NCBI GenBank assembly: GCA_040880125.1
Contig: JBBDJB010000052.1
Location: 188,281 to 252,280 of the forward strand
DNA: 64,000 nucleotides
Direction of reading: 5' to 3'
DNA from: Pirellulales bacterium
GTDB lineage: Bacteria > Planctomycetota > Planctomycetia > Pirellulales > JBBDJB01
This document shows positions 38,640 to 48,800 of this stretch, piece by piece (within the stretch, counting starts at the first letter, position 1; the number at the start of each line of letters is the position of its first letter). The position numbers and the translations under genes were made by a program. A model generated the notes under the pieces. That model saw nothing but the letters and a program-made list of their open reading frames with translations, was not told where the DNA came from and ran no database searches.

Positions 38640-40769
38640 CTACGGCGAGTCGGCCTTGGCATCGTCCCCCTGGCGAACCTGAAGCCGATCTACATCCCAG
38701 CCGAGCCGCTTCGCCACGTCGCGCGGATAGCTCCAGTCGTCGGCCTGATCGTCGTACAGCACCACCCGCGATCGCTCGGTGGCCATGGCGACCGCCTGCG
38801 GCATGTCGAGATAGCGCCGCACGTTCAAAAAGATCGGCCCTTCGCGGTGGGTCGCGGGCAACTCGTGCAGATCGAGCCGGGCTACGTCCGGTTCGAACAG
38901 CGAGGCATAGAGCGCCACGCCGCCCGTCTGCCGCTCGCCCTGCAGCCACAGGTCGGCCCCGTCCAGCGCGTCCAGTTGCCGCACGGCCTGGATCGCCCGG
39001 CGCGTGTCCCATACCTGCATGCCGTCGAGAGTTTGCCCCAACAGCATGAAGCGGCGGCGATGCTGAATCTGCTTCTGCTCGCTCTGGTCCCACGCGGTGG
39101 GGCCGATGCCGCGCGGCGCGACGTAGGCCATCGCCCATTTGTTCGACTCGAGCATCCGCCGCTGGGCGTCCTGCGCCGCGGAGTCGGATTCCGGCAGCGA
39201 CTCCTCGCGAAGCTGCTCCTCGAAGGAGCCGCGCATCGTGGCCAGGAATTGCTGCCAGCCTTCCGAATCCAACACGTTCAGCACAACCAGCTCCGGATCG
39301 GTCAGCCCGGCCCGATGCACTAGGTACAGCCGCAAATCGATCGGCCCCTGACTGGTGAAGTCGTACGCCTGAAACGATAACCCGTCGCGCTGTGCCGCGA
39401 AGGCCTGTTTCACGTTCAGCGATTCGCCATCCTCCGGCCAGCCGCGGAACGACTTCTCGCGCAGTGCCGTCAGCCAGCCGTCGCGGCTTTCTCGCCAGGT
39501 CTCGGCCGATTCGGGCGGCGATGGCGGATCGGCCGCTTTGACGAAAGTCTCGTGAATGCTCGTATTGAGTTGATCCTCGGGCAGTTCCTTGAACACTCGA
39601 AGCTGCTCGGGCTCAAAGAACGGCACGGCCGGCTTGTCGATCAGCCGGTCGTTCTCCTGCAGGAAATGGTCGAACCAGCGGAAGGCGTGAATCCGCAGCT
39701 CCTGCGTATCTTTGTGCGGCCCGGAGGTGATCTGCAGACCGAGCTTGTCCTGGGCGTCGTAAAGATCGTAGATCTTGCGGGTTTTGAGGTGCGTCCGCAC
39801 GACGCCGTCAAGCGGAAAGATGCCGTCGCGGTCAGTGTTGCTGATCAACAGCGGCCGCGGGGCCACCAGCGCCGGCAACTGCGGATAGTCCCAGCGGTAG
39901 GTGTTCACAAAGAACATGCAGTCGCAGTGCCCCTCGACGGTGCCGTCGACAACGTGGTTCTCCAGATCGGTGATGCCCGCCACTGGCACGGCTGCCTGAA
40001 TTCGATCGTCGATGCCCGCGATCCACCAGCTATACGCGCCGCCGCCGCTGCGGCCGGTCACGCCCATCCTTGAGGCGTCGACTTCATCCCGAGACTCCAG
40101 GTAGTCGAGCGACCGCACGCAGTTCCAGGCCTCCACGCCCGCGGGCGAGTAGCCGCGATTGTTCCACCACCACATGCCGTACCGATACGTGCCGTGATGG
40201 GTGGCCTCGATCTCGCCGAGTTGCAGCGAGTCGATCGTCAGGCAGACATACCCGTGCCGCGCAAACCAGGCGCCGTGATGCTGGTAGTGCACCTTGTTGC
40301 CATAACTGATGCCGTTTTCCTTCACGCCACCGTGGCCGCAGACATACAGAACGGCGGGATGCTTTTTCGACGTGTCCTTCGGCAGGTACAAGTTGGCCGT
40401 CACGTACAGACCGGGCTTCGACTGAAAGTGCAGATTCTCGACCCGAAACTCCTCGTGCTCGACGCTGCCGGTCACCTGGGCCTTCAGATCCGTCCGCTCC
40501 GGCATCGGATCGAGACTGAGCATCTCCAGCAGCTCCTGGCGGTAGCGCGGTCGCTTCTGCTCCCAGTCCTCGAGCGAGGAGATGTCCGCCAGCGTCGCGT
40601 CGCGGAGCTTGTTGGTCTCGGCCTCGAAGTACTCGCCGATCATCCGATCGCCGCGCCGGGTGTCGATCTCGTGTTCTTGTGAGATCGCCACCGCTTGGTT
40701 GATAACCACGGCCACCAGCGCCGCCAGCAGAAGCTGCGGCCGAAGCAATCGGAAGGCAGTTCGTTGCAT
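38640..40769 (-). CDS. Secreted alpha/beta-hydrolase-fold protein (acetyl-xylan-esterase/peptidase S9-like)
   Basis: Signal peptide. GxSxG (VTGRSGGGAY). Catalytic-region pattern CGHGG...D...H. 709 aa. Confidence 0.7.
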   Translation of the reverse strand: MQRTAFRLLRPQLLLAALVAVVINQAVAISQEHEIDTRRGDRMIGEYFEAETNKLRDATLADISSLEDWEQKRPRYRQELLEMLSLDPMPERTDLKAQVTGSVEHEEFRVENLHFQSKPGLYVTANLYLPKDTSKKHPAVLYVCGHGGVKENGISYGNKVHYQHHGAWFARHGYVCLTIDSLQLGEIEATHHGTYRYGMWWWNNRGYSPAGVEAWNCVRSLDYLESRDEVDASRMGVTGRSGGGAYSWWIAGIDDRIQAAVPVAGITDLENHVVDGTVEGHCDCMFFVNTYRWDYPQLPALVAPRPLLISNTDRDGIFPLDGVVRTHLKTRKIYDLYDAQDKLGLQITSGPHKDTQELRIHAFRWFDHFLQENDRLIDKPAVPFFEPEQLRVFKELPEDQLNTSIHETFVKAADPPSPPESAETWRESRDGWLTALREKSFRGWPEDGESLNVKQAFAAQRDGLSFQAYDFTSQGPIDLRLYLVHRAGLTDPELVVLNVLDSEGWQQFLATMRGSFEEQLREESLPESDSAAQDAQRRMLESNKWAMAYVAPRGIGPTAWDQSEQKQIQHRRRFMLLGQTLDGMQVWDTRRAIQAVRQLDALDGADLWLQGERQTGGVALYASLFEPDVARLDLHELPATHREGPIFLNVRRYLDMPQAVAMATERSRVVLYDDQADDWSYPRDVAKRLGWDVDRLQVRQGDDAKADSP

Positions 40770-41044
40770 GATGTCGTCGCCCGCTGAAGGTTGAAGGTTT
40801 CGATCCGCCGGAAGTGCCTCTTATAGTGGCGGCTCGGCGAACGGATTTCAACTACTTCGCAGGCGCAGGGGCGCTCGAAACAGGGGACTGGCTCGATGTG
40901 CGCGAGGGGCCCCCTCATTCGAACGCGGGCTTTGGCATCGTGCCAGTCCCCCCTTTTCGTCGCTTCCGGGCCGCCCGAGGGGCTTCACCGCGCTTTTTGC
41001 ACTAAGCAGCCCGTCCCATTTCCCGTTCCGCTGCGAAGGCGCGC

Positions 41045-44000
41045 TTACGCCGCGTCTTCTTTCTGCTGGGAGAGATGGGCCGTCCGCAGCGACTGCTGCT
41101 CCAAGACCCGGGCCAGCGGCTCCACCGAGCGAATGTGGATGTCGCGCTGCGGAAACGAGATCTCGATGCCCGCGTCGCGGAATTCGTCGTGAATCCGCGT
41201 GTGCAGCGAATCGACCAGTTCCGGCCAGACATCGCGGTTGGGAAGGAACACGCGCAGCTCGAACTCCAGCGAGTGGTCGCCGAAGCCCTTGCAGATGGCC
41301 GTGGGCGCCGGGTCATCGAGCACGTGTGGGCATTGCTCGGCGGCTTGCATTAAGAGTTCGCGGGCCCGAGCCATGTTCGACCCATAGGCGATTCCCACCG
41401 GAATGATCACCCGCGTCACGGGGTCCGACAGCGTCCAGTTGATCAGCTTCGAGGTGACGAACTCCTTGTTCGGCACGATCAGCTCGCGGCGGTCCCAGTC
41501 GAGAATCGTCGTGGCGCGGATGCGGATCCGCATCACCTTGCCTTGCACGTCGCCCACGTTGACGATGTCGCCCACGCGGATCGGTCGCTCCAACAGTATG
41601 ATCAGACCGCAGACGAAATTGGCGAAGATCTCCTGCAAACCAAATCCCAGCCCGAGCGACATTGCCGCCACCAGCCACTGCACGGTCGACCAGCCGATCC
41701 CTATCTGATTGAAGGCGAGCACCACGCCCAACAGGATAAGCAGATAGCGCGAAACGCTGGAGACGGCATAGCGTCCGCCGGCGTCCAGCGGCAGGCGAGG
41801 CAGCACGGTCATTTCCAACAGGCCGGGGATATCGCGCGTGGCGATGGCGGCCACCGCGGCAATTCCCAAAGCCAACAGCACGTTCTGCAGTGTGATCGCG
41901 TCGCCCGCTTCCGTGGTTCCGAGCGAATAGCCTTCAAGAAACCGCAGCGCGGGCAGCACGTCGATCCAGATCGCCCAGGCGGCCACACCGCCGGCCAAGA
42001 GAATGAAGCTTCGCAGGATGTGCCGCGTCTGTGAACTGACCGCGGTCAGATCCGTCTGCGGGATTTCCACCGGGGTGCCCGCTTCATCTACGCCGGCGGC
42101 CTCGTTCCCGGCATTGGCTTGCAGTGCCGCCCGGCGCTGTTGCGCCTGCTCGCGGGCCAGACGCCGCTTGACAATCACCAGCTTGCGGACAAGCAGCGAA
42201 TATAGCACCAACAGCCCCAGCCCGACGCACACCATCGCGAACAGCCGCCACGTCAGTTGAAGCGAGGTGTAGTAGTAGCCTTCGACTGCCATGACGGCGA
42301 GCACGACCGGCAGCGCTACCGATGTGGGAAACCACACGTAGCGCAGGCGATACATCGCGCCTTGCCGATTACGAGCCAGCGCCTCTTGCAGCACGCCGCC
42401 GACCGGCCGCAACGTACGGTACAGCACGACAGAACACGCCAGCATGCCCGCGACGTAAGTAAACCTTCCGAGCGACGTGCTCAGCCCGTCGTGACTCAGG
42501 GCCCGCAGCGTCGAGACCACCAGCACTGCCGGCAGCGCAATCCGCATCAACCAACCGAGTTGGTTCCGCATCAGCCGCACGCTCCGCCCGGACCAGTCGA
42601 AGTGCGCTTCGGCCAGTCCGGCCGGTCGGCAGATCTGCCGCAGGCTGTCCAGCACCAAGCACACCAGCGCTGCCGTCCACAGCCCAGAAGCGAGTGCCAC
42701 GGGCAGCTCGGATGCTTCACCCGCGGTGCCAATGCGGCTGCTGAGCAGCATCAGCACCAGCGGCCAAAGCACGGCCATGGCCGCCGTGATCGCTAGCGCG
42801 ACCAGCGTAGGGCGGAAGCGATTGGCCTGACTGTCGGAGGCCTCCTCTCCGATGTCCGCAATCCGGCGGCGAAAATTCAGCTTCAGCACGAGCGCCCCGA
42901 GGCACAGCAGGGCGATCGCCACGCCCCAAACAATCGCCGCCGTGCTGTTGTCCCCCATCGGCTGCACGAGTTCGGTCCAAGCCATCGGCCCGAGCACTTC
43001 GGTGCTGGCATTCCAAGCCGTGGCTACGTCGGCGGCGCCAAGCCGCGGCGCGCTGCGGGTCCACAGCACGTGCTCGTCGATGAACGTGGCGAAGGTCTCA
43101 GTCTCACGGGTGAGCTCTCGCTCGCGTGTATCCAGTTCGAGGAGCTTGCGGAAATAGTTGCGGTAATCGCCCAACAGCGCGGCATAGTATTGGTGCCGGG
43201 CGTCGAGCAGATCTTCGAGCATCGGCTCGAGCAGGCACTCGTCGACGTTCTCCGCGGCATCGGCCAACTGCGCGATCTCCTCGCGGAGCGCTTTCTCCGT
43301 TGCGGGAAACCGAAGCTGTTCATCTTCCAGCTCGTACGAGTCCAAGCGAACCTGGGCGATCGTCTCGGCCCGCTCGCGCAAGCGGCGATTGTGCATGCGC
43401 AGTTCCGGCAGGTCGTCGCGCTGCCTGTGCAGAAAGGATCCGATGGTGTCGTTCAGCCCGGTGCGGGCCAGCCGCTCCTGGATGCGGCGAAAGTCTTCCT
43501 GCAGCGCCTGGAGCCGCTGACCCGTCTCCTCGGTTTGCACCGTCACTTGTTCGATCTGCGCGAGCAGCGCAGTTCGCCGCTTGGCCAGCTCCGCGTTGTC
43601 GCGGGCCAGCGACTTGAGCGCCGGATGCGCATCAGCCACGTTGCGGCGGGCTTCCTGCGCCTGGCGCGCCGCCTCGCTCGTGCGGCGCCGCTCGACCGCA
43701 TCACGCAGCGTTTTCACATGCGCTTCGGCCTGTTGACGTGCTCGAACGGCGAGGTCCCGCTTCAACGGCATGAGCTCGGCTTCGGCGTCGTACCGCTGCA
43801 GTTCCTTCTCGCGGGCGCGGATTTCGTTTTGCAGGTTGGACTTGCGGGCCGACAGCAGCGCCCGATTTGCTTGCGCCAGCTCCGCATCGCTGGGCGGCAG
43901 GCCCGAGATCTGCTTATCGAGTTCCTCGGCGCGCTTCTTCAAGTCGGCGAGCTGGCGCGGAGCTTCGATCCGGCGCTGGTCCCGCTGTTTCATCTCCGAC

Positions 44001-44545
44001 TCGAGTTCGCCGGCGGTGGCCTTCTCCTTGGTGAGCGCCACTTCCCTTTCCAACAGTTGCGCTTCCAACTCGTCGAGCGTCGCCGCGTCGTTCCACGTGA
44101 CCGTGGAACTCTTGGGCTGTTCGACTTGTTGTTTTTTGCTCTGCAGGCTTGCCGGCGCCTCTTGGATGGCGGCCTCGTGTCGCGAGACTTCCTGCTCCCA
44201 GCGGGCCGCCGAATCGAGATCCTCAATGATCTTGCGATACGCCTCCAGCAGCTTGGCCTTCGCCTCGGCTTCGATGCCGGTGGCGTCCTCCACCCGCTGG
44301 ATCTGTTGCCGGATCGACTCGACCGTGAGCACCAGGCGGACTTCGTCGGGTTGCTGCTGAGTGTCGGTGCCGGGCTGCGCGTCGTCCTGTGCCGCCGCCG
44401 GCGCGCCGCATCGGCAGACGATCAGTCCGATCGAGACTGCCAAGACAGTCGACAAGGCGCCCCGAGACAGCGCGCGCGAAAGGTTCCGCGGACGAACAGG
44501 AGAATCAGCCACGATCGCATCCATGCTGGCGTGAAGAACAGTCAT
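41045..44545 (-). CDS. MscK/KefA-like mechanosensitive channel with long N-terminal coiled-coil periplasmic domain and C-terminal MscS domain
   Basis: About 500-aa coiled-coil, about 11 TM, C-terminal MscS core (...GDIVNVGDVQGKVMRIRIRATTILDWDRRELIVPNKEFV...). Start trimmed to MTVLHASM. Confidence 0.85.
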   Translation of the reverse strand: MTVLHASMDAIVADSPVRPRNLSRALSRGALSTVLAVSIGLIVCRCGAPAAAQDDAQPGTDTQQQPDEVRLVLTVESIRQQIQRVEDATGIEAEAKAKLLEAYRKIIEDLDSAARWEQEVSRHEAAIQEAPASLQSKKQQVEQPKSSTVTWNDAATLDELEAQLLEREVALTKEKATAGELESEMKQRDQRRIEAPRQLADLKKRAEELDKQISGLPPSDAELAQANRALLSARKSNLQNEIRAREKELQRYDAEAELMPLKRDLAVRARQQAEAHVKTLRDAVERRRTSEAARQAQEARRNVADAHPALKSLARDNAELAKRRTALLAQIEQVTVQTEETGQRLQALQEDFRRIQERLARTGLNDTIGSFLHRQRDDLPELRMHNRRLRERAETIAQVRLDSYELEDEQLRFPATEKALREEIAQLADAAENVDECLLEPMLEDLLDARHQYYAALLGDYRNYFRKLLELDTRERELTRETETFATFIDEHVLWTRSAPRLGAADVATAWNASTEVLGPMAWTELVQPMGDNSTAAIVWGVAIALLCLGALVLKLNFRRRIADIGEEASDSQANRFRPTLVALAITAAMAVLWPLVLMLLSSRIGTAGEASELPVALASGLWTAALVCLVLDSLRQICRPAGLAEAHFDWSGRSVRLMRNQLGWLMRIALPAVLVVSTLRALSHDGLSTSLGRFTYVAGMLACSVVLYRTLRPVGGVLQEALARNRQGAMYRLRYVWFPTSVALPVVLAVMAVEGYYYTSLQLTWRLFAMVCVGLGLLVLYSLLVRKLVIVKRRLAREQAQQRRAALQANAGNEAAGVDEAGTPVEIPQTDLTAVSSQTRHILRSFILLAGGVAAWAIWIDVLPALRFLEGYSLGTTEAGDAITLQNVLLALGIAAVAAIATRDIPGLLEMTVLPRLPLDAGGRYAVSSVSRYLLILLGVVLAFNQIGIGWSTVQWLVAAMSLGLGFGLQEIFANFVCGLIILLERPIRVGDIVNVGDVQGKVMRIRIRATTILDWDRRELIVPNKEFVTSKLINWTLSDPVTRVIIPVGIAYGSNMARARELLMQAAEQCPHVLDDPAPTAICKGFGDHSLEFELRVFLPNRDVWPELVDSLHTRIHDEFRDAGIEISFPQRDIHIRSVEPLARVLEQQSLRTAHLSQQKEDAA

Positions 44546-44829
44546 AGCCCCCGCTTCCTTGCGTGGCTGGCGGCTGGCAGCCGTGGAAGTTTTCAACGGG
44601 CTGCAAGTGCCACCTCGAAGGTGATAAGGCCGCTGGCGCATAGTGTCAATACGGGTCTGCGGCGGCCGGGATTCGCGGGCTCGCATTGGCGCATTCGATC
44701 GGAGCATTACCGGCCATCCGTGGGGCGTTTTCGCCAATGGCACGCATTTGCTAGGATAGCGCAATTGGCAAACGCGCGGCATGCTGGCATGCACGCGGCA
44801 ACCTTTCGCTTCTGGATTAGCAGAGAACG

Positions 44830-45276
44830 ATGCCGGCGGTATTCGACAACCAGGGCGTGCGATTTCAGTATCCGGAGAACTGGACGCTGGAGTGGCAGGA
44901 GAGCGACACGACCGATCCTAGCGTGTCGGTGTTCAGTCCCGGCGGCGCGTTCTGGACGCTGTCAATTCATCCGCCGGGGACCGAGACGGCGCGGCTCGTT
45001 CAGGTGGTGTTGGACGCCCTGCGCGAGGAGTACCAGGAGCTGGACGCGCAGGAGGCGGTCGACTCGATTGGCGACACGGAGATGATCGGCTACGACGTGA
45101 ATTTCTACTGCCTGGACCTGTGCAACACCGCGGTGGTGCGGGGCTTTCACACCCGTCGGGCCAGCTATGTGCTGCTCTGCCAGGCGGAAGACCGCGAGTT
45201 TGAGCGCGTGCGGGAGGTTTTTCGCGCCATGACCACCAGCTTGATTCGCGAAGGCCCGGACGGCGCTGTGGCGTAA
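44830..45276 (+). CDS. Hypothetical protein (148 aa)
   Basis: ATG start, protein-like composition, no recognised domain. Confidence 0.45.
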   Translation: MPAVFDNQGVRFQYPENWTLEWQESDTTDPSVSVFSPGGAFWTLSIHPPGTETARLVQVVLDALREEYQELDAQEAVDSIGDTEMIGYDVNFYCLDLCNTAVVRGFHTRRASYVLLCQAEDREFERVREVFRAMTTSLIREGPDGAVA

Positions 45277-45706
45277 AGCGCTGCCAAGGGTGCCAATGCT
45301 GTCCCCTCCAGCAGCTACGTTTGTCCCGGTGGCACCCTGCGAGTTTCATCGCACACCTCCGCAACGCTTCTTGTAACTCTTACAAGCCGGAGGGCACGGC
45401 GGCCGAGTGGCGAAGGGCGAGTCGTTGCCGCTAAGTGCTACCACGCAACCCGCTGATACGCAGGAGCTTACGCCAGTTTCTCACTGCTGTTAGCGACTTC
45501 GCCAACGCCCCCAACACCTTTTGGCACGCCAGGTGCATTAGAGACTGGCACAGTTGTTCGACCCAGTTGGCCCCAGGCCCCGCAGCCTCGGGCCAAAACA
45601 ATCCGGGGGGGCCGATCTACTGTACCGTGAATCTTAGCAGCGCGTCGCCGGGGTATGGCGACGACAAACACCCGACACGGGTTGGCGCAGTTTTTTACGG
45701 TTGATG

Positions 45707-45755
45707 GACCCAGGTGGCTGGAAGCTCGCAGAGCCACCTGGGTCCGTTTTTTTTT
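45707..45755 (+). terminator. Canonical intrinsic terminator: 13-bp perfect stem (GACCCAGGTGGCT/AGCCACCTGGGTC), 12-nt loop, T9 tail
   Basis: Read directly. Oriented for + strand transcripts. Lies 430 bp downstream of the 44830..45276 stop. Confidence 0.7.
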
Positions 45756-45809
45756 GCGCGGCGGCCAGTCGCCAATTCGAGCGGGAATCGCGACTGTGTG
45801 AACTGACTA

Positions 45810-48800
45810 CTACTGAGCCGTGCTCTCGTAGATCGGCAGATGCCGGTAGTAGACTTCCAGCGAGAGCAGGTTCAGCGCCGTCACGTACAGCCGCCCGCCT
45901 TGCGGCCCCCACTTGTCGGCCACTGGCGAGAGCGGGTTCCAGCTTCCCGCGAAGTAGCCGCTGGGCGTCTGCGTGTCGACCAGCATCGGATGCAGCCGTT
46001 CGTTCCACGACTCCCAATACTCGCCGCCCATGTGGAACATCACCTGCGTGGCGTAGTACCAGTAATAGGTGTCGCGCATCGGGTTGTCGACCGTGCCGAC
46101 CAGGGCCTGGTTCTCCGGGGTGCCGATGCGGGGCAGGTTGTCCAGCAGATGATCCGCACCCAAGCGGATTTCCGCGTCCTCGCGATTGCTGCCTGCATAC
46201 AACCGCATCAACAAGCCCACTGAGGTCATTGCGGTGCTGGGTGTGCGTCCGTGTCGCTGCGCGGGCGTATCCGCTGCCCAGGGATTGTAGAGGTACAGAT
46301 GCCGCTGATCGCCCGTGCCGCGGCAGCGATCCAGAAAAGCGATGGCCCGGTCGAGAGTTTCCTGCGGGACGTCCAGCCCCGCCAACTCGCCGCTCTTTAG
46401 CGCCATCCACTGCCAGCCGGTGACCGACAGGTCGGACATGTAGCCCGGCGTGTACCGCCATCCGCCGCGCTCCGGGTGCTGTGACTCCACGATGAAGTCG
46501 ATCGCCCGTTGCGCCGGCTCGCGAAGCATCGGGTCGCCGGTCATTCCCACCGCCTCGCACAAGGCAATGGACGCGATGCCGTGACTGTAAAGCTGCGCGA
46601 CATAGTTCGATGCGACTTCCTGCGGGATGTACAAGCCGCCGTCCGCTTGCTGGCTCCGCACCAGGTAGTTGAGGCCGTCTTGCACGACCTGCTGGTAGCG
46701 GTCGTCGAAGTGATCGTAACCGGCGCCGAGGAACGCCAGCAGAGCCATCCCCGTAGCGGCCGAGTCGGCGTGAATGGCGGCCTGTTCGTCCTGATAGCCG
46801 GGCGGGTTATTGCGATCGAGTTGGAAGGACCAGCGGCCGTCGGGAAGTTGATGCCGGGCCAGGTACTCCAGTCCCAGTTCGATGGCCGCTTCCGTCCGAG
46901 CGGTCGGTTTCCCTTCTCCGCCGCTTTGAAGCTCTTCCTGTCGCTGCCCGCGGCGGGCGAACGCTTCGGCAACCACTTCCGCCTGGCCGCTGATCGTCGC
47001 TTGGCCGCCGACCTTCCGCTGTAGGAAGCGCCCCGGCGCGGTGTGCACGACCTGGCTCTCCCGCTGGGCCCGGCGCGGATTGCCCACATCGATGCTCACG
47101 GCCTGTTGCAGCCCGCCCGGACCTTCCTCCGCCTGAACGCGAACCGGCAGGTTGCCGCTGGCACGAGCGAGCGCGTCTCCGCCGGTGGCACTTTGGGCCG
47201 CGCCGCCTTCGTTGTCACTTCCCGGCGACGCATCGGCAAGTTGCACCGGCTCGTCCGGCAGTGCCGCGCCGCCGGGCAGGGCGGCCGTCGTGCTGCGCTT
47301 CAGCGGTGCGCCTTCACTCCCGGAAGCGACCACGGCCGCATCCCGCGCGGAATCGTTGCGTGCGGCCTGCGTGCTGGCCAGTCCCGCGCCGGCTGCAATC
47401 GCCGCCGGCGAATCGAGCGGCACATCGCCTGCCAGGGCGCCGATCTCGCCTGGCGTGCGCGTTGAGGGAACGCCGCTGGGAGTGCGCGCGGCGGTGGCAC
47501 CCTCAGCGACGAGCGGATCGCCCGCCGCGGCGGCGCGGCCTTCCGGCGCTCCCGAGTCAACCGGCGCCGCCGCCGCGCTGGCCAATGTTGCGCCCGTGTG
47601 TGGGCGGCTGGGAGCAGCCGCGGATTGTGCAACCGGAGGCGCGCCCGATTCTGAACCGTCTGATGTGCGGCGGCGCAATTCCGGCTGGACCAGATCCGAC
47701 GGGCTAGGCTGATCGGGATCGGCCGCCTGGGCGGAACCGTCACCGGCCGGAGCGACTGCCGCGGCACGCGCGGGGCTCTCGACCGATCCGCCGCCGGCGA
47801 CGAGCGCACTTTCTTGGGCAGGATCGTCTTCCCGCGCGACGGGGGCAGCGGGCACGGCGGCCACGTTCTCCGCGTCGAGCGATGCGAGCGGAGCACTGCC
47901 GGCGGCGCTGCGCCGCGGCTCGCGCGGCTGCTGGGCGGAAAGCGCTACCTCCGGCTGGCCGCCACCAGACGCCCGACCGATTCCGATCTCCGGCACTACT
48001 TGTGGCGCCCCGGTATCGATCTGCCCTTCGCCCGCGGCGGCCGTTTGGTCTCCGCGCGGCGCCTCCGCGTCACGGCGCTGGACCGCCGCACTGGACGTGG
48101 CGCTGAGCGTGCTGGGGCGCTGCGAGCCGATGGCGGTCGCCTGTTGGACGTCTTGGGCCAGCCGTGTCGCCTCGGGCATTTCCGCCCCGGCGCGCGACTT
48201 GGCCAGGCGCGCCGGCGCGCTGGGTGCTTCGGCTTGGCCTTCGCGTTGCTGCACGGCGCTGTCCCGATTGGCCGCCGAGGACGCCACGGTCGCGGATTGC
48301 CGCGAGTCGGCCGGCAATTGTTCGTCCAGGTTCTCGGATCGGCCACGGCCGACGACCCCCTGGTTGGCTCGGCTCAGCGCCGCCCGGGCAGGCTGGGCAG
48401 TCGCCGAAGGTCGACTCGACGCCTGGGCCAGCGAAGGGCTTTCCACGGCGTCGGGAGACGCCGCTACCGCTGCCTCGCGCGGCGCCCGGCGAGGCGTCTC
48501 GGCGGCGATGGAACTGGTGTCAACTGTCGGCTGATCCGGGCGATCGCTCCGTCGAGGAACTTCCGCGTTGCTCTGCGCGGTGGCAGCCGCAATTGGTTGC
48601 GGCTCGGGCGAGTCGCTCGATGGAGCTTGCGGCGCTTCGGTCGACTGCCGGGCAACTTGCGTGGCTTGCGGCGAAGCGTCCTCGTTTGCCGGCGACGTCT
48701 CTGCGACCGCTTGCGACGGTGTTTCAACTTGCGTCGGTGAGACATCCGCCGCGGCGGTGCTCCGCGCCGGGCTGGTCGATGGCGTCACCTCCGGCTGCGG

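Noticed and set aside
43070-45085. 671-aa plus-strand ORF
   Set aside because: Antisense to the MscK-like channel gene. Leu/Arg-rich low-complexity translation.
45391-45470. tRNA-like D-arm sequence GCCGAGTGGCGAAGGGC
   Set aside because: No foldable anticodon arm and no GTTCGAATC-type T-loop. Not a tRNA.
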